Shown here: positions 1 through 12,995 of the stretch, in pieces
How the letters are laid out: every line of letters begins with the position of its first letter
Position numbering within the stretch: the stretch's first letter is position 1
Assembly (NCBI GenBank): GCA_964016885.1
Contig: OZ024744.1
Coordinates: 82,274,001-82,338,000 of the forward strand
Direction: 5' to 3'
DNA from: Eledone cirrhosa
Lineage: Eukaryota
Length of the DNA: 64,000 bases
Notes under the pieces: generated by a model
The model's input: only the letters and a program-made list of their open reading frames with translations
What the model was told of the DNA's origin: nothing
Databases searched by the model: none
Position numbers and translations under genes: made by a program

Positions 1-330
1 ATTGTAATATTATAGAGGAACTGGAGTTCTCCTCTTGAGTATCACTTTTGTATCGCTTTTCTTTTCTGCTCTCAACAAAACATTCCAAAATCATTTATGA
101 TAGTTATGCTATAAAAGTAAAATAAAAGACAGAGAAAAAGAAGTTTAAGAACGGATGGAAGAAGCTGAAGGCTTAGGTGGTAAGAAAGTCTCTCTTCTAT
201 CTTGACACCCTTTAACCAACAGGAAGTTATGCCCTGAGGATAGACCCAAATTAATTTCCAGTTGTGTAGATCATCGCGTTCGAGCAATTAGATTGTGTGT
301 CATAGAAAATAATATATGTTCCTTAAGTAT

Positions 331-1435
331 TTAAGTATTTATTGAATTCATTATGCCCTTCCATTTTTCTCTGTCTCTGGTAAGGGTTGGTGCCTGAAAC
401 CAGTTTGTGCACAGGCCATCTTTTAGGGTAGATCTCCGGGTATTCTTTGGCCTACCTTTTGGTCTTTTCCACACCAGCTGGCAACCATGATATTGCAGTT
501 CTTGCTGGTATATTGTTCCCCATTTGTAGGACATGCCCTGCCAACTGCATCTTTTTTACTCTTGATGACAAGACTCAGGTGTGTGGCATTGATTCTTGGA
601 AGCACATCTTCGTTTGTGATTTTGTCTTGTCATCTAATGCCCAGGATCTTTCGGAGGTATGTTTGTTGGAAAGTATCAAGCTGTTTTTCAGTTCTAGTGG
701 TATTCGTTCATGTTTCCGCGGCATAGGTTGTTGAGATAAACCCAATTGCCCAGAATAAACCCAATTTCGTTTGTAATGTGAGCTTCTTTGATTGCTGTAT
801 TAATTGGAATACTCCGGTACTTCTAGTTATCCTTTGTTCTATGTTAGCTTCAGTATTGCCACCTGCTGTCTGAACACTACCAAGATATGTGAAGTGTTGA
901 ACTTCTTATATCTTTTTCCCATTGACTAAAACATCATATGCTTCACTGCAGGCAACTTCTGTATTTTTGTTTTTGATACATCTTTTTCTGAAGCCAACCT
1001 TTGCAGCTGTTTCAACCAGGGCATTTGTCATTATCTGAATCTCTGTACAATTGATGGTGAGAAAGGCTACGTTACGTTATCATCAGCAAAGTCTAAATCT
1101 ATCAGTTTTACTCCTTCTCATTTTAAGGCACGTCCGCGGGTATCCAAGGACTTTCTCAGAATGTAATTCAAGATTATCAAGAAAAAGAATGGGGATAGGA
1201 TGCAACCCTCTTGCACTCCCGATACGATTGAAATGAATTCAGTAAAACCTGATTCTGGTTTTACATAGCAACTTGAGTTTCCATAAATTTTGATACAGCT
1301 ATCAGGGACACCATAGATCTGGAGGATGTTTCAGAGTGATGGCAGTGTACACTATTAAAAGCGCTTTTGAAACAGTGCAAGCTTAGTATTTTGTGAAGTG
1401 TACATCAAGAAATCTATTCCGATGCAGAGAGCCAA
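331..1435 (-). mobile_element. Degraded RTE-like LINE RT/3' fragment
   Basis: Minus-strand fragments such as WKRPKGRPKNTRR...RDREKWK resemble the GRPxxxW C-terminus of RTE-clade ORFs; many stops and frameshifts. Confidence 0.55.
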
Positions 1436-2059
1436 TGAACATAGGCACAGCTATGGTTAGAACTATGAAAATATGAAATTAATTAAATGATATGTGGCAA
1501 ATTAGAAAAGTACTGAGAAAGCGTAGCGAAAACGTTTGAGTTCTTGTGAATATAGTAAAGTGTTTGTTATCTTTTGCGTTTGAACAAGTAGAAACATTCC
1601 CAGATTACGATCCCGGATTTTGTGATCTTTGATTTCCTTAGTTAGCATGTATTAAGTTGTCCCTAGAGGCCACTAGCAACAGTAGTATATATTTCTGATG
1701 CTAATGGCCTGTAAAATGTGTAGTTGTTTAATGATGGGGTCAATAATCATCTTTGAACGGATAAATAAACCTTATTACATGTATTGAGTAATTTTTAACT
1801 GTGGCACTTAACACATAATAAACATACATAGCCTCCCTGTGAGAATAGAGGCGCATATGGAACTATGTAGAAGCCATCATCAAGCAGATATTATTTGTAA
1901 AAAAAACTATTAGCGTCGCTGATGAAATATTTGTTGCTATCACACAGTTACTAGGTTAGCTGTGATATGATTACGGCTAAAATAGTTACAGTGAGACTAC
2001 GTATGTTTATTATACATACATATAATATATGTGCTTCGATATACATACCCTACTTTGAA

Positions 2060-2470
2060 TCATGCTATGCTACTTGGTTGAAACCCTGAAAGAACAGACC
2101 TGGTGGCTTTTGACAAAGAGAAATGATCTGGCTTGATTATAGATTATAGACTTGCCCCTTTGACACCAGAGTGCAAGAAAAGGAGGAGAACATTAACCGG
2201 CACCAGGATTTAAAGTTGGAACTGAAAAGGATTTGGGATTGTCATGAAATTAATGATTGACATCATCAAAGGAGCACTAGGTATTGTCTCGAAGAGTTTC
2301 TGAGGCTGACTAAAGAACATTAACCCAGTTCCCTTTTTTGAAACACTTCAAAAGGCATGCCTACTGGAAACAGCAAGGACCGTTCGATACGTCCTGAATA
2401 TATGAGGCTGCAGGTAGAGGCTTGATGTTCATTTTCCGGTTAAATAACATCAATGACTGAAATATCAACT
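2060..2470 (+). mobile_element. 3' fragment of an R4/Dong-like (restriction-like endonuclease) non-LTR element
   Basis: Broken translation DLVAFDKEK..CPFDTRVQEK..HQDLKLELKRIW..GALGIVSKSF..LQKACLLETARTVRYVL is typical of RLE C-termini; ends at a (TAA)n tract. Confidence 0.65.
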
Positions 2471-2487
2471 TCATGATAATAATAATA

Positions 2488-2673
2488 GTTTCTACTTTTG
2501 GCACACGGCCAGCAATTGCCCAGTGCATTACTGGTACTTTATTTTATCGACCCCGTAAGGATGAAAGGCAAAGTTTACCTTGGCGGGATTTGAACTCAGA
2601 TCATAAAGGGGCGTAACTCTGTGCTGCAAAGCATAGCGTCCGACCCTCTACCGATACTGTCAATCCAACGCCC
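2488..2673 (-). mobile_element. tRNA-derived SINE (family A) with target-site duplication
   Basis: Box-B-like GAGTTCAAATCC and conserved body CTTTGCCTTTCATCCTTACGGGGTCGATAAAATAAAGTACCAG; flanked by direct repeat ACTTCATGATAATAATAAT (2468 and 2676). Confidence 0.85.
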
Positions 2674-2694
2674 ATACTTCATGATAATAATAAT

Positions 2695-2775
2695 GGTTTC
2701 ATTTATTGGCCACAAGGGCCGACATATAGGGGAAAATACAAAGACACGGACAGTGGGGGTTTTACACAAAATTGA
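2695..2775 (-). mobile_element. 3' stub of Tx1-like LINE (TAA-associated subfamily)
   Basis: Matches the 3' end of the element at 58563 (GCCCTTGTGGCCAATAAATGAAA followed by (ATT)n). Confidence 0.7.
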
Positions 2776-2784
2776 TAATAATAA

Positions 2785-2970
2785 TTGTTTCTACTTTAGG
2801 CACAAGGCCAGCAATTACCAAGTGCAGTACTGGTACTTTATTTTATCAACCCCATAATGATGAAAGGCAAAGCTAACCTCGGCGGGATTTGAACTCAGCC
2901 CGTAAAGGACCGTAACTCTATGCCGCAAAGCATGGTGTCCGACTCTACTGATACTGCCAATCCACCGTCC
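2785..2970 (-). mobile_element. SINE family A
   Basis: Same body and box B as 2488-2673. Confidence 0.85.
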
Positions 2971-3064
2971 TTGATAATAATAATAATAATGCTTTACTTC
3001 ATTGTGATACGACTTCTTACGTTCTGAATTCAAATTCTGATTTAATCGTCTTTCCCCTTTCCTT

Positions 3065-3620
3065 TAATTCATTCGGTCGACAATGTTTATCATTGACTGA
3101 ACAACGGTCAAAAATAAAGATATAAATACATATATATAGTCTAACAAAGTTCTTTCGTTGCACATCTGCAACACCATCAGTGGTACTATATAGTACTACT
3201 GATATAGTACCATTGATGATGTTGCAGATGTGCAACGAAAGAACTTTCTTAAACTATATATATGTATTTATATCTGTATTTTTGACCGTTGGTCAGTCAA
3301 TGATAAACATTGAGGACCAAATGAATTAACTGTGGAGATATAAAAGATACAGAAACAAAAACCAACCAAACAGTGAGTGTTTTCTGTTATTATTTCTGGC
3401 AATATTTGGCAGTATCGGTAGTGGGTCGGACGCCATGCTTTGACGTATAGAGTTACGGCCCTTGCCATTCTGAGTTCAAATCCCACCGAGGTTAACTTTG
3501 CCTTTCATCCTTACGGGGTCGATAAAATAAAGTACCAGTAATGCACTGGGTAATTTGCTGGCCTTGTGCCAAAAGTAGAAAAAAAAAAATTATTACAACA
3601 TGACCCTCCCCAAGTGTTAA
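3065..3620. mobile_element. PLE-like fragment with inverted duplication and two degenerate HHR cores, interrupted by a SINE
   Basis: Arms ~3065-3190 and ~3203-3330; cores CTGATGG / TTGATGA..GTTGCA-TGCAAC..GAAAGAACTT; same family as 52698-53218. Confidence 0.6.
3407..3582 (+). mobile_element. SINE family A
   Basis: Box B and conserved body. Confidence 0.85.
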
Positions 3621-3651
<31 letters not shown>

Positions 3652-3850
3652 GTAATATGAAAATGTTTAACCTCGACGGCAGAGCTCAAACCGTTTCGAC
3701 GGCTATTTCTCTCCAGAAATAGCCGTCTAAACGGCTTGATCTCAGCCGTCGGGGTTAAACATTTTCATATTACCCATTCTACTACCCCAAGTATTGAGTA
3801 CTCTGGTGCGTTATGGCCCATCTGATTGCTTACCACACTTCCTTCGTTAT
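3652..3850. repeat. Short fold-back element (arms ~60 bp, centre ~3712) with ACT..TTGAGTAC tail
   Basis: Inverted arms visible; related copies at 4965-5010, 6115-6245 and 53270-53435; flanked by (TA)n. Confidence 0.65.
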
Positions 3851-3939
3851 ATATATATATGAAGGACTAGCGTCCGAAATGTTAACCTAATTTATTCCTT
3901 CCATATACTGTACCGATTGTCTTGTTATTTATATTTACC

Positions 3940-3988
<49 letters not shown>

Positions 3989-4160
3989 ATCACACACATA
4001 TATAATATATATATGATTACCGTTGAATGAAACTGTTCTCTTACTGTAGAAGCCATTTCTATGTTAAATCTCGTATATACTCTACTTATATTGAGTACCT
4101 TACTGTGGCTACCCCGATTGAACACGGGACTCTCTCGTTCTTTTCCTCTGTCTCTCACTC

Positions 4161-4244
<84 letters not shown>

Positions 4245-4321
4245 GAGTGAGAGACAAGATATGTTGATTTAAAACTGCACTATCAACAAGTGTTTTTTAG
4301 CCTTCATATCATGTTCTCCTG

Positions 4322-4388
4322 TTTTATCTGATGAAAACACAAATATTATTGCTTGATGATGTTTGTTTTTGAAATGCGCATAATAAAA
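4322..4388 (+). ncRNA. Minimal type I hammerhead ribozyme
   Basis: TTTTAT-CTGATGA-stem II-GAAA-TGCGCA-TA-ATAAAA; stem I pairs; palindromic stem III ATGCGCAT. Confidence 0.75.
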
Positions 4389-4522
4389 TATATGGAACTC
4401 CTTTAACCATCTTTTGATCTTATATTATGCATACTCCAGTCTCACAAACTGTAGAGTGCTTCTTATCCGATATCTGCATTGCTTTATTGTACTACAATAA
4501 AACTCACCTCCTACATTATATA

Positions 4523-4600
<78 letters not shown>

Positions 4601-5073
4601 AGTGTTCAGGTCAGGCTTGCTTGAAGCATTGTGGAACGTACAGCCACACATGCGCAAGTCCAACGAATAACCGTCAATTTTAAGCACCATCGTTACAACC
4701 AGCAACGTTCAACGACGCGTTTATTCTCCCTTCGGAAAACCATTCCCATTGATGGATGCAAATCCAAAATATAGAAACTAATAAATCTTTTAAGGTACAC
4801 AGACTCTGGCATTCCTCTCCTTTTTCCTCTTTTCTCCTTACACCTCTTACGTTTATTTATGTTTGTTTTACTTTTCCTTCTCCTATTGCCACAGAATTCT
4901 TTTTGCCAGAAGATTTACTCATCTGAATTGTAGAGGCTTCCAAACTGACTATTTATATATATATAGGAAAAGGTATGACTCCGACGGCAGAGCTCAAGCC
5001 GTTTCGACGGATATATATATATATATATATATACGATATTAACAAATGGAAACTATATTTATAAAACCATATT

Positions 5074-5138
5074 TATTTCATTATACATATTTCAAGGACA
5101 CCAAGTTAAATTATGGTGTGCTTTCATCAGATAAAATA
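5074..5138 (-). ncRNA. Minimal type I hammerhead ribozyme (inverted copy)
   Basis: Reverse complement of 5290-5354. Confidence 0.75.
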
Positions 5139-5289
5139 TAATATAGAGCAGTTTTATGAATAAATATTGACATACCCTTAAAGAATGCAACCATTACTGT
5201 TGGAAGCTCCCGGACTATCCGGGAGCTTCCAACAGTAATGGTTGCATTCTTTAAGGGTATGTCTATATTTATAAAACTGCTCTATATTA

Positions 5290-5354
5290 TATTTTATCTG
5301 ATGAAAGCACACCATAATTTAACTTGGTGTCCTTGAAATATGTATAATGAAATA
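5290..5354 (+). ncRNA. Minimal type I hammerhead ribozyme
   Basis: TATTTTAT-CTGATGA-AAGCACACCA..TGGTGTCCTT-GAAA-TATGTA-TA-ATGAAATA. Confidence 0.75.
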
Positions 5355-5478
5355 AATATGGTTTTATAAATATAGTTTCCATTTGTTAATATCGTATTTT
5401 TACTCCAATTATTTGTTGAGTGCTTTACATCAGTTATAAAAATATTTGTTTGTTGTATCCCAACAATTTAAATAGAAC

Positions 5479-5545
<67 letters not shown>

Positions 5546-5581
5546 GTTAAAAGAATAGAGGTGTAACACACAAGTTATTAT

Positions 5582-5970
5582 ATATTGGTAAACGGAAGAG
5601 AAAATGCTGACAAATTGTTCACAGTTGAAAAATGGTTTAATTAGGAATAAAAAGTATTAGTGATTGTATGGGTTAGTATTCAGTTGTGGTTTTAAGTTTT
5701 TAAGTTTTTACCAGTTGCGCATTTCTAAATGCTTTTCAAAAATAATTTTGAGATAGAGTGTCCGTGTTGTTTGCTCTGATCTGAGCAAACAACACGGACA
5801 CTCTATCTCAAAATTATTTTTGAAAAGCATTTAGAAATGCGCAACTGGTAAAAACTTAAAAACTTAAAACCACAACTGAATACTAACCCATACAATCACT
5901 AATACTTTTTATTCCTAATTAAACCATTTTTCAACTGTGAACAATTTGTCAGCATTTTCTATTCCGTTTA

Positions 5971-5976
<6 letters not shown>
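5582..5976. repeat. Long palindrome (arms ~195 bp, centre ~5780) with a degenerate U3-A8 HHR-like motif at 5817-5853
   Basis: Inverted arms; TTT-TTGAAAA-GCATTT/AAATGC-GCAA-CTGG-TA-AAA. Confidence 0.7.
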
Positions 5977-6063
<87 letters not shown>

Positions 6064-6429
6064 AGTTTGGAAGCCTCTACAATGCTGCAGATGAGTAAAT
6101 CTTCTGGCAACAATAGCCGTTGAAACGGCTTGTGCTCTGCCGTCGGGGTCATACCTTTTCCTATTACCCACTCTACTACTCCTCTAAATATTGAGTGCTC
6201 TGGTGCGTTATGGTCCATCTTGTTCCTTACCACAATTTCTTCGTTATATATATATATATATAAATGTTTTGTATATATAGATATATATATATAACCAAAT
6301 GAAAAATATATATGTATATATATAGAGAGAGAAAGAGCCATATATCGTATAAGAAGCACAGTATATCGTATATATATACCATATACATATTCCATAGAAG
6401 AATATGTACACAGATGGAATCATAAGAGA

Positions 6430-6582
6430 AACCTTATAGCGCTATTTCATACCTGGAGAGTGTGGCTAAAAATAAATCTATGTAATCAATAACCGAAAAA
6501 ATCAATCAATATAATAGATCATCGAAGACCAACTATCGATTAAAAATTAAACCACACGAGACACAGATACTCTTCAGAGGTT
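6430..6582 (-). ncRNA. Type I hammerhead ribozyme with a ~120-nt stem II domain
   Basis: AACCT-CTGAAGA-GTATCTG...CAGGTAT-GAAA-TAGCGCTA-TA-AGGTT; stems I, II and palindromic III all pair. Confidence 0.75.
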
Positions 6583-6953
6583 AGTCTGATCATTCTAGGG
6601 GAAATATAGAATGAAGATGGTAAATAAGACAATATACTTGCCAATATCCATAGCGATGTCCAAAGCGACCGTCATGCTGAGAAACACATGGTGAAATCAC
6701 GTTAAACCCAAGGCAAATAGATATCCACAAGGTGGACGTTAACTTCGCTAGAAATAGGAGCGATGATTATAGCCACCGAGCTCAACAAATTAAAGGTTTG
6801 GAGCCGTTAAATACAAATAATGAATCAAAACAACAAATATGTTTAGAATTTTTTTGTTTCTCAATAAGCAAACTCAATAGACCTTATCTAGATCCATAAT
6901 AACCATATGAAAAAGACATATGTATATATAGGGAAAGATATATATGTGTGTAT

Positions 6954-7015
<62 letters not shown>

Positions 7016-7350
7016 AAGTTGCTTCATCAGCCATCCCCCTGTGCAATACAGTTTCGTGCATACGGGTGATATTGTATGATACTGAGCGCAGGTTGCACAA
7101 CCGTTTAAAACAAGCTGCCGGAACGATGTATGTGAGACAACATATAGACAGAGAAGAAGTGAGTGTTGTTCAACTTGGACAGCAAAGCGAGTGAGGAAAC
7201 AACAATAAAATGTCTTATAACTGGACACATGACAGGATATGGCGCAGATAAGTTGTATAAATGGTAACGATGGAAGACATCCTTCCCCCCGATAGATAGA
7301 TAGATAAATAGTTAGATAAGTAGAGAGAGAGAGAGAGATAGAGAGAGAGA

Positions 7351-7421
<71 letters not shown>

Positions 7422-9335
7422 GCCCTGTTGGTAAGTAAACAGTTAGTTAACCAAAGAAGCACGAAGCGTTCATGGACTAATAAATAGCAACATTGTATAC
7501 GAAAAAATAAACGAACAAAATACATGGGGCAAATGAATAAATGCATATATTATCCTCACTGACCACCCACTGGGCAATTCATTTGCCTGCATAAGGGTGG
7601 TATTAAATAATATTGAACCCTGTTGTGTTTTCTTAAATATTTTTCTTTTTCTATTTCATTATCTTTCTAGGAATGGTTTCTGAATTTGTTTAATTCCTTT
7701 GCTGTATGTGATATTTTAAACGTTGTCATTCTTTAGATTTAGCGGATGAGTTGAACTTTAGTATTGTCTGTGGAAGTATACATTCTTGTGAGGAAACAGA
7801 GATTGTATAAAAGTTGCTTTAAAACAAATATTCGGAAAACTTTCTAAACTTATAATTCAAATATACTTTTTCACTTATTACATAATATCACTTACACTAC
7901 ATTTATATATCATCATTTTTTATATTCTGTGTTAGAAATAATCCGCATACAAATTATTTTTTATTGAACTAACAATTTTTAAAAGTTAACGAATTATCAT
8001 TAAAAAAGGGTATAATATTCCAAAGTATTATTTAAAAAAAGATTATATTTCAAAGCATTGTGATTTTCTATCCACGTAAAGAATAAAGATAATCTAAGTG
8101 AATTATCCGAAATTGGTAAGTTTGCGAGATTAGTAAGAATAATTCAGATTAGTTGTTATATAAACTTTTGCCTACACATCCACTCATGTAATCTGTGATA
8201 TTTGAGCCTAGCCTTGGCTGTTGATGTGCATTTTTATTCGAAGCGAGACAAAGAAGAGTTGTGTCTGCATAGACAGACGACATCGATATTATGCTGTCAG
8301 ACACATCGGAAATCAAATAATCGCCACCATATTAAATTACTCAAAAGTTGTAACATGAACATGCATTAACGTCAAGTAAGTGGTCTTGAAATCCGCTACC
8401 TGGGAAAGAAAGTCCATGACGGACACCGTTTGTCACTGGGCCGAAGGACTGTTTAAGATACTCAGGGTCTGATCCAATCAAGACCCCCAGACGGAGTTTA
8501 TCTGTTACACGATTATGATTTTGGTGGTTATTCACACATCGAAATGGCACGAGAGGAAATTTAGTGTAGAGATGGTGTATGCGTACTTTATTGCAACCTG
8601 TTTTACTTGGCCCCAATCTGAAAATGACCAGATGGGTTGTCTACATTTTCCTTCCTTCTTGAAGCGACGTGTTTTACCAGACAAAACATCTATAGGTTGC
8701 CTAAACTCTGAAGATTAGCAAGCCTGCACTGAGGCTGCAAAATCTGTAGAGTGAGCAAGTGTGACCAGCTTTTGTCAGGCATCTCTTTTCGAAGTTAATC
8801 TTTTTAACGGAGATGCAATTCTGAGTCAAGAGCAGACCAAGATTTGTGTTGCATCAGACATCTGCAATGTTGTCTGGCACTTTCAGTCCAGTGAAACGTG
8901 AAGTTTGGTGCTATACTGCATGTGATTCGAGAATACAGGTTAAAATATGACAGAAGTCAGAGTTGGAAAATTCCAGATCGTAATTTGCACGATCAATTAA
9001 GGCAAAAAAATGTATAACTTACGTCTGGACTCCGTAATCTAATACGAAGTATACAGATATATTATATCTACAAACAGCTATTGTCAAATCTTTCTTGACT
9101 TAGCAATCACAATATGTAATATTGGAATATTGACTAGATTCATTAAGTATTGGCTGACACCATATATATATATATACAAAGTGTTAAAACAATCAAATCT
9201 TAGTTTAATACATTTATTTGCTGACAATTGTTTCTTCCAGAGGGATGTCTGGAATCATCGACTGGTGGCATTTTTGCTAGAAAGCACAGCACAATACAGC
9301 CAAATTTGTATCTCAACCTAGTGGGAGATTATTAC

Positions 9336-10058
9336 ATATAAAAGTTTACATATATATATATACATACACATACATATACGTGTTTTGCAACCGGTCACTT
9401 TGTGGCTCAATGAAAAATTAATAAATTAAAGTCAGAGCTATATATCATAAAACATGTCAATAGAATCACAAGATGCCACCAGTCGTAAGCAACTACCACA
9501 CCCCTTCCAACTTGACCGCGACTACGTCACGATTTTTAGCCATTTTGAAATGAATTCTTGGCGCGATCGTTTTGGAAAATTTAATGTCTAGATATGAGCG
9601 AGCTTCCTGAAGAATCCGGCGCTCGAGTTTATATAATTATTACATAATTATTGGAAAACTCAAAACACGGACGAAACCATGGTAGAGGTATTTAAATGTA
9701 TTCTATTTTCTCCTAGTTTATTTTAAACCTAATTCTGCTTAGTTGACTGTATCTAGGCGATTACGCTGTCGAAATTTTCGATAAATATTCCACTACGGCC
9801 GACGCGAAGCGCTAGTTTTGGTTATTTGTCGGAGATTCCTTCATAGAAGCCTCATTCGTATAGCTTGGTCTATTCGATTTTTTATATAGTTAATTATGCT
9901 AATTGGGAGAGGAAATAGTATATATTTTATCTTGTGATTCTATAGACATGTTTTATGATATATAGCTCTGACTGTTTAATTTATTAATTTTTCATTGAGC
10001 CACAAAGTGACCGGTTGCAAAACACGTATATGTATGTGTATGTATATATATATGTAAA

Positions 10059-10066
<8 letters not shown>
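9336..10066. mobile_element. Non-autonomous element with ~140-bp inverted ends and an internal HHR
   Basis: 9336-9475 is the inverse of 9929-10066; lies next to (TA)n. Confidence 0.7.
9602..9689 (+). ncRNA. Type I hammerhead ribozyme with extended stem II
   Basis: GCTTC-CTGAAGA-aTCCG..GAGTTT..AAACTC..CGGAc-GAAA-CCATGG-TA-GAGGT. Confidence 0.7.
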
Positions 10067-10104
<38 letters not shown>

Positions 10105-10142
10105 TATAAATATTAATAAAATAGATGTTCATTTGATCAATT

Positions 10143-10199
10143 ACATTTGATTATACATATTTCGGATCTACAATAGTACGTCCTCATCAGACAAAATAT
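10143..10199 (-). ncRNA. Minimal HHR at the 3' end of the Naiad-like PLE
   Basis: TTTTGT-CTGATGA-GGA..TCC-GAAA-TATGTA-TA-ATCAAA. Confidence 0.7.
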
Positions 10200-11649
10200 A
10201 ATGATACATGTTATTCCCTGAGATGTTAAATGGTTAAGATTTAATCAAGGTAGTGATTAACCTAAGAGAAAATTTAACATTTATAACCTAATAATGAGAA
10301 AATGCGAAAACGTAATAAATTGAATAGAGAATGTGTGAGGAAGAAAAACGTTGCTTAATGTACCAGTTATAGAGATTTTAATATGTATGATACTACAATT
10401 TATATAGGAAAACATTTCATGAATTATAACAGTCAGTGAGAGCCACTGTAAAAGAGAGGGAAAGATGAGGGGGGGGGGGGTAATGTATGCAGAAGGAAAT
10501 TTTTTTCAGAAAGTTAAATGGTTACGTTTGAAAATATTTAATTTATGTTATCTTAGGGTGAGGAATCAAGATTTTAGGTTTTTTTAAAAATTGGTGGTTA
10601 TTTATATATTTTGTAAATTTTATAAGTGTGTTAACATTTCTAAGCTTCTGAATTTTTTTGAGGATAACATTTAAAGGATTTAGGTGGCCATCAGTAAGGA
10701 AAGTTTACACTGCTGAATATTTTCCTAAATGTAATCTTTAATGAAGGTAATCATTGTCAACGTATTAGGTATGTAAAACTTTTGAAGTACTTATTGCTAG
10801 AAATATTTAAATAACGATTATGTATATAGATATATATTAATTAATGAGCCAGTATATTTTAGGTAAATGATAACGAAAATATAAATAAAATAATAGATTG
10901 AGGCATGTTAAAGTTAAATATATACCTATATATAACCGGGTGTAAATGTATTAATTATTCTTGGCTCAAAATAAAAACAATCAAGAAATTTAGAAGTTAA
11001 CTGAAAATGATGTGTAGAAAGATACAGGGAGTTATATATGGATATATATATTAGGTATTAGTGATACAGTATACTTTAGGTAAATGATAAGGATTATAAT
11101 CTTATATAATAGATTTCAACGTGTTACAGTTAAATACATATATATAAGAAAAACAATATTAAATGCATGGATAATTCATATTTCAAAATAATGTTCATAA
11201 TAATTTATAATTTGGATATTTGCTCTATATTTGAATCATGGATATAAGAATGTGGTAGGTATATTTAAAAAACATAGAAAATATGATTACATACATATTA
11301 TAAATAAGAGATCAGAAACGCATGAAAAATTCACAAGTTAAATAAGTTCAGTAAAGATGTAAGGGTTGGATATAAAACTAAGATTTAAAACTTAAGTAGG
11401 AAGATAAGGATAGAGAAATAAAGAAATAATTGTATGGATCAAAGTTAACAGAATAATGTCATGTGTATCAATGTTCCGGAATGTTATTGAACAAGTGTCT
11501 TTCATTCGAGCGTTATTTCTTCTATAGATAGTTATAAGATAGTGCAATATTAAAGGCCACTAAAGTTTTTCCCTGTTGATTTTATACGTCTGACAACCAA
11601 GTTTTTAATGGTTTAATGTTTCTCTCACTTTTTTCTCGTTTTGTGGGAG

Positions 11650-12995
11650 GCTAAGAATGAGGACGTAGCTTTATGGAGGCAACAAGAGAATAATTCACTT
11701 TTTTTGTTAATTAGGGTCTCGTAGTTATTAATAATCAACAGGGTCTCCATTGTACAGAGCGCGCAGTTATTTGATATACTAGAGTTGCGGTAAACTCCAC
11801 AATTCCGAAGTTTTGTCCAAAGAATGGAGTATTTTAAATTCTTCTCTTTTAATGATCATATGAGCTGTGATAAAGACGTGGATGATTTCCTCTTTGAGTT
11901 CGAGAATGAACATTTATGGTTCGCAAATCTGGCTTTAAATGTAAAAAAAGTCGATCCTATGTAGTTGTATGTGTTGTGACCAGTTTTTACGGTGCATTTA
12001 TAAACCAAATTACTATCTAGACAATTATTTTGCAAAGGGCAATCAGTTTTATTTCTACAATTACATTTTGGTTTAGTATCATTTATGTTAACTCTATTAT
12101 TAATATCATTATGCTGGTTTTGTTTTAGGATTTTAGTGTTTAATTTGGCGATGTTTTGGGCCACGTTACTGGTTGTAGAATGCGAGAATTTAATGGTATG
12201 TCTATTAAAAATGGAATGGTATTTATGTTGAGTAGGGAAAGAGGTGTCAAGAGCTTTAAAGAATAATTTTGCGATTGGTGTTTTAACTGCGACTGAAGCA
12301 GGGGGGGGGGAGGAGTAAACCATATGACTGATTTAGTTCTAGTTCTTATCCTCGATTTATTTGGCGTATGGGTGTTTGAATTATAATTAAAAGAGTTTCT
12401 CTTATATATGTTATATTTTTATTAAGATTAATACTTGGATTATTATTATCTACATATTCTATATTATTCGTATATCCTGCTCTTTTTAACGCGTTGTTAT
12501 AGTATTTAGCGTTTTCATCGAATATATGTTTATTGGCTGATATTTTATTAATTCGTTTTTGCACACTATTTACTATACTTTTTTTTTTACAGATTTAGGG
12601 TGATTGGAAAGGTTACTAACATAGTTTAAGTTTTCATTGGGCTTATGAAATGGGTAATAGAAGCCAGTGTTTAAGTTAAAGGTAACGTCTAGGAAATTAA
12701 CTATTTTGGTACCATTTCTACTTCTAATTTAAGGTCGTACATCTAAAAGAATTCTATTATACTTTTCTTTACTCTATTTAGTTCTATATTGTTGCGTTTG
12801 ACCACCGTAAATAAAATGTCGTCCCTATATAAACCACCGGTAATCACCGGCAGTTTTCTATTTATCATATTTAATATGAAAATTCCCAGAAGATCTGTGA
12901 TTTGCGCGGAATCTGATGCCCCCATAGTGATATCAAAGTTTTTGTCTCTATCTGAGCGGGTCCAATATTCGTTGTTGAAGTTAATAAGGCTCTAG
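11650..12995 (-). pseudogene. Disrupted PLE RT + GIY-YIG ORF
   Basis: ORF-track fragments 11856-12323, 12346-12564 and 12743-12925 separated by stops and frameshifts. Confidence 0.75.

Larger units (their letters stand above)
5031..5430. mobile_element. Palindromic PLE-like end (arms ~180 bp, centre ~5215)
   Basis: Near-perfect inverted repeat with an HHR in each arm. Confidence 0.8.

Noticed and set aside
3859-3890. GA-AGGAC..GTCC-GAAA-TGT-TA half hammerhead (also a CTGATGA half at 7024-7030 minus)
   Set aside because: Truncated by (TA)n; core incomplete
8290-8950. Possible DNA-transposase remnant
   Set aside because: No DDE or other motif could be recognised with confidence
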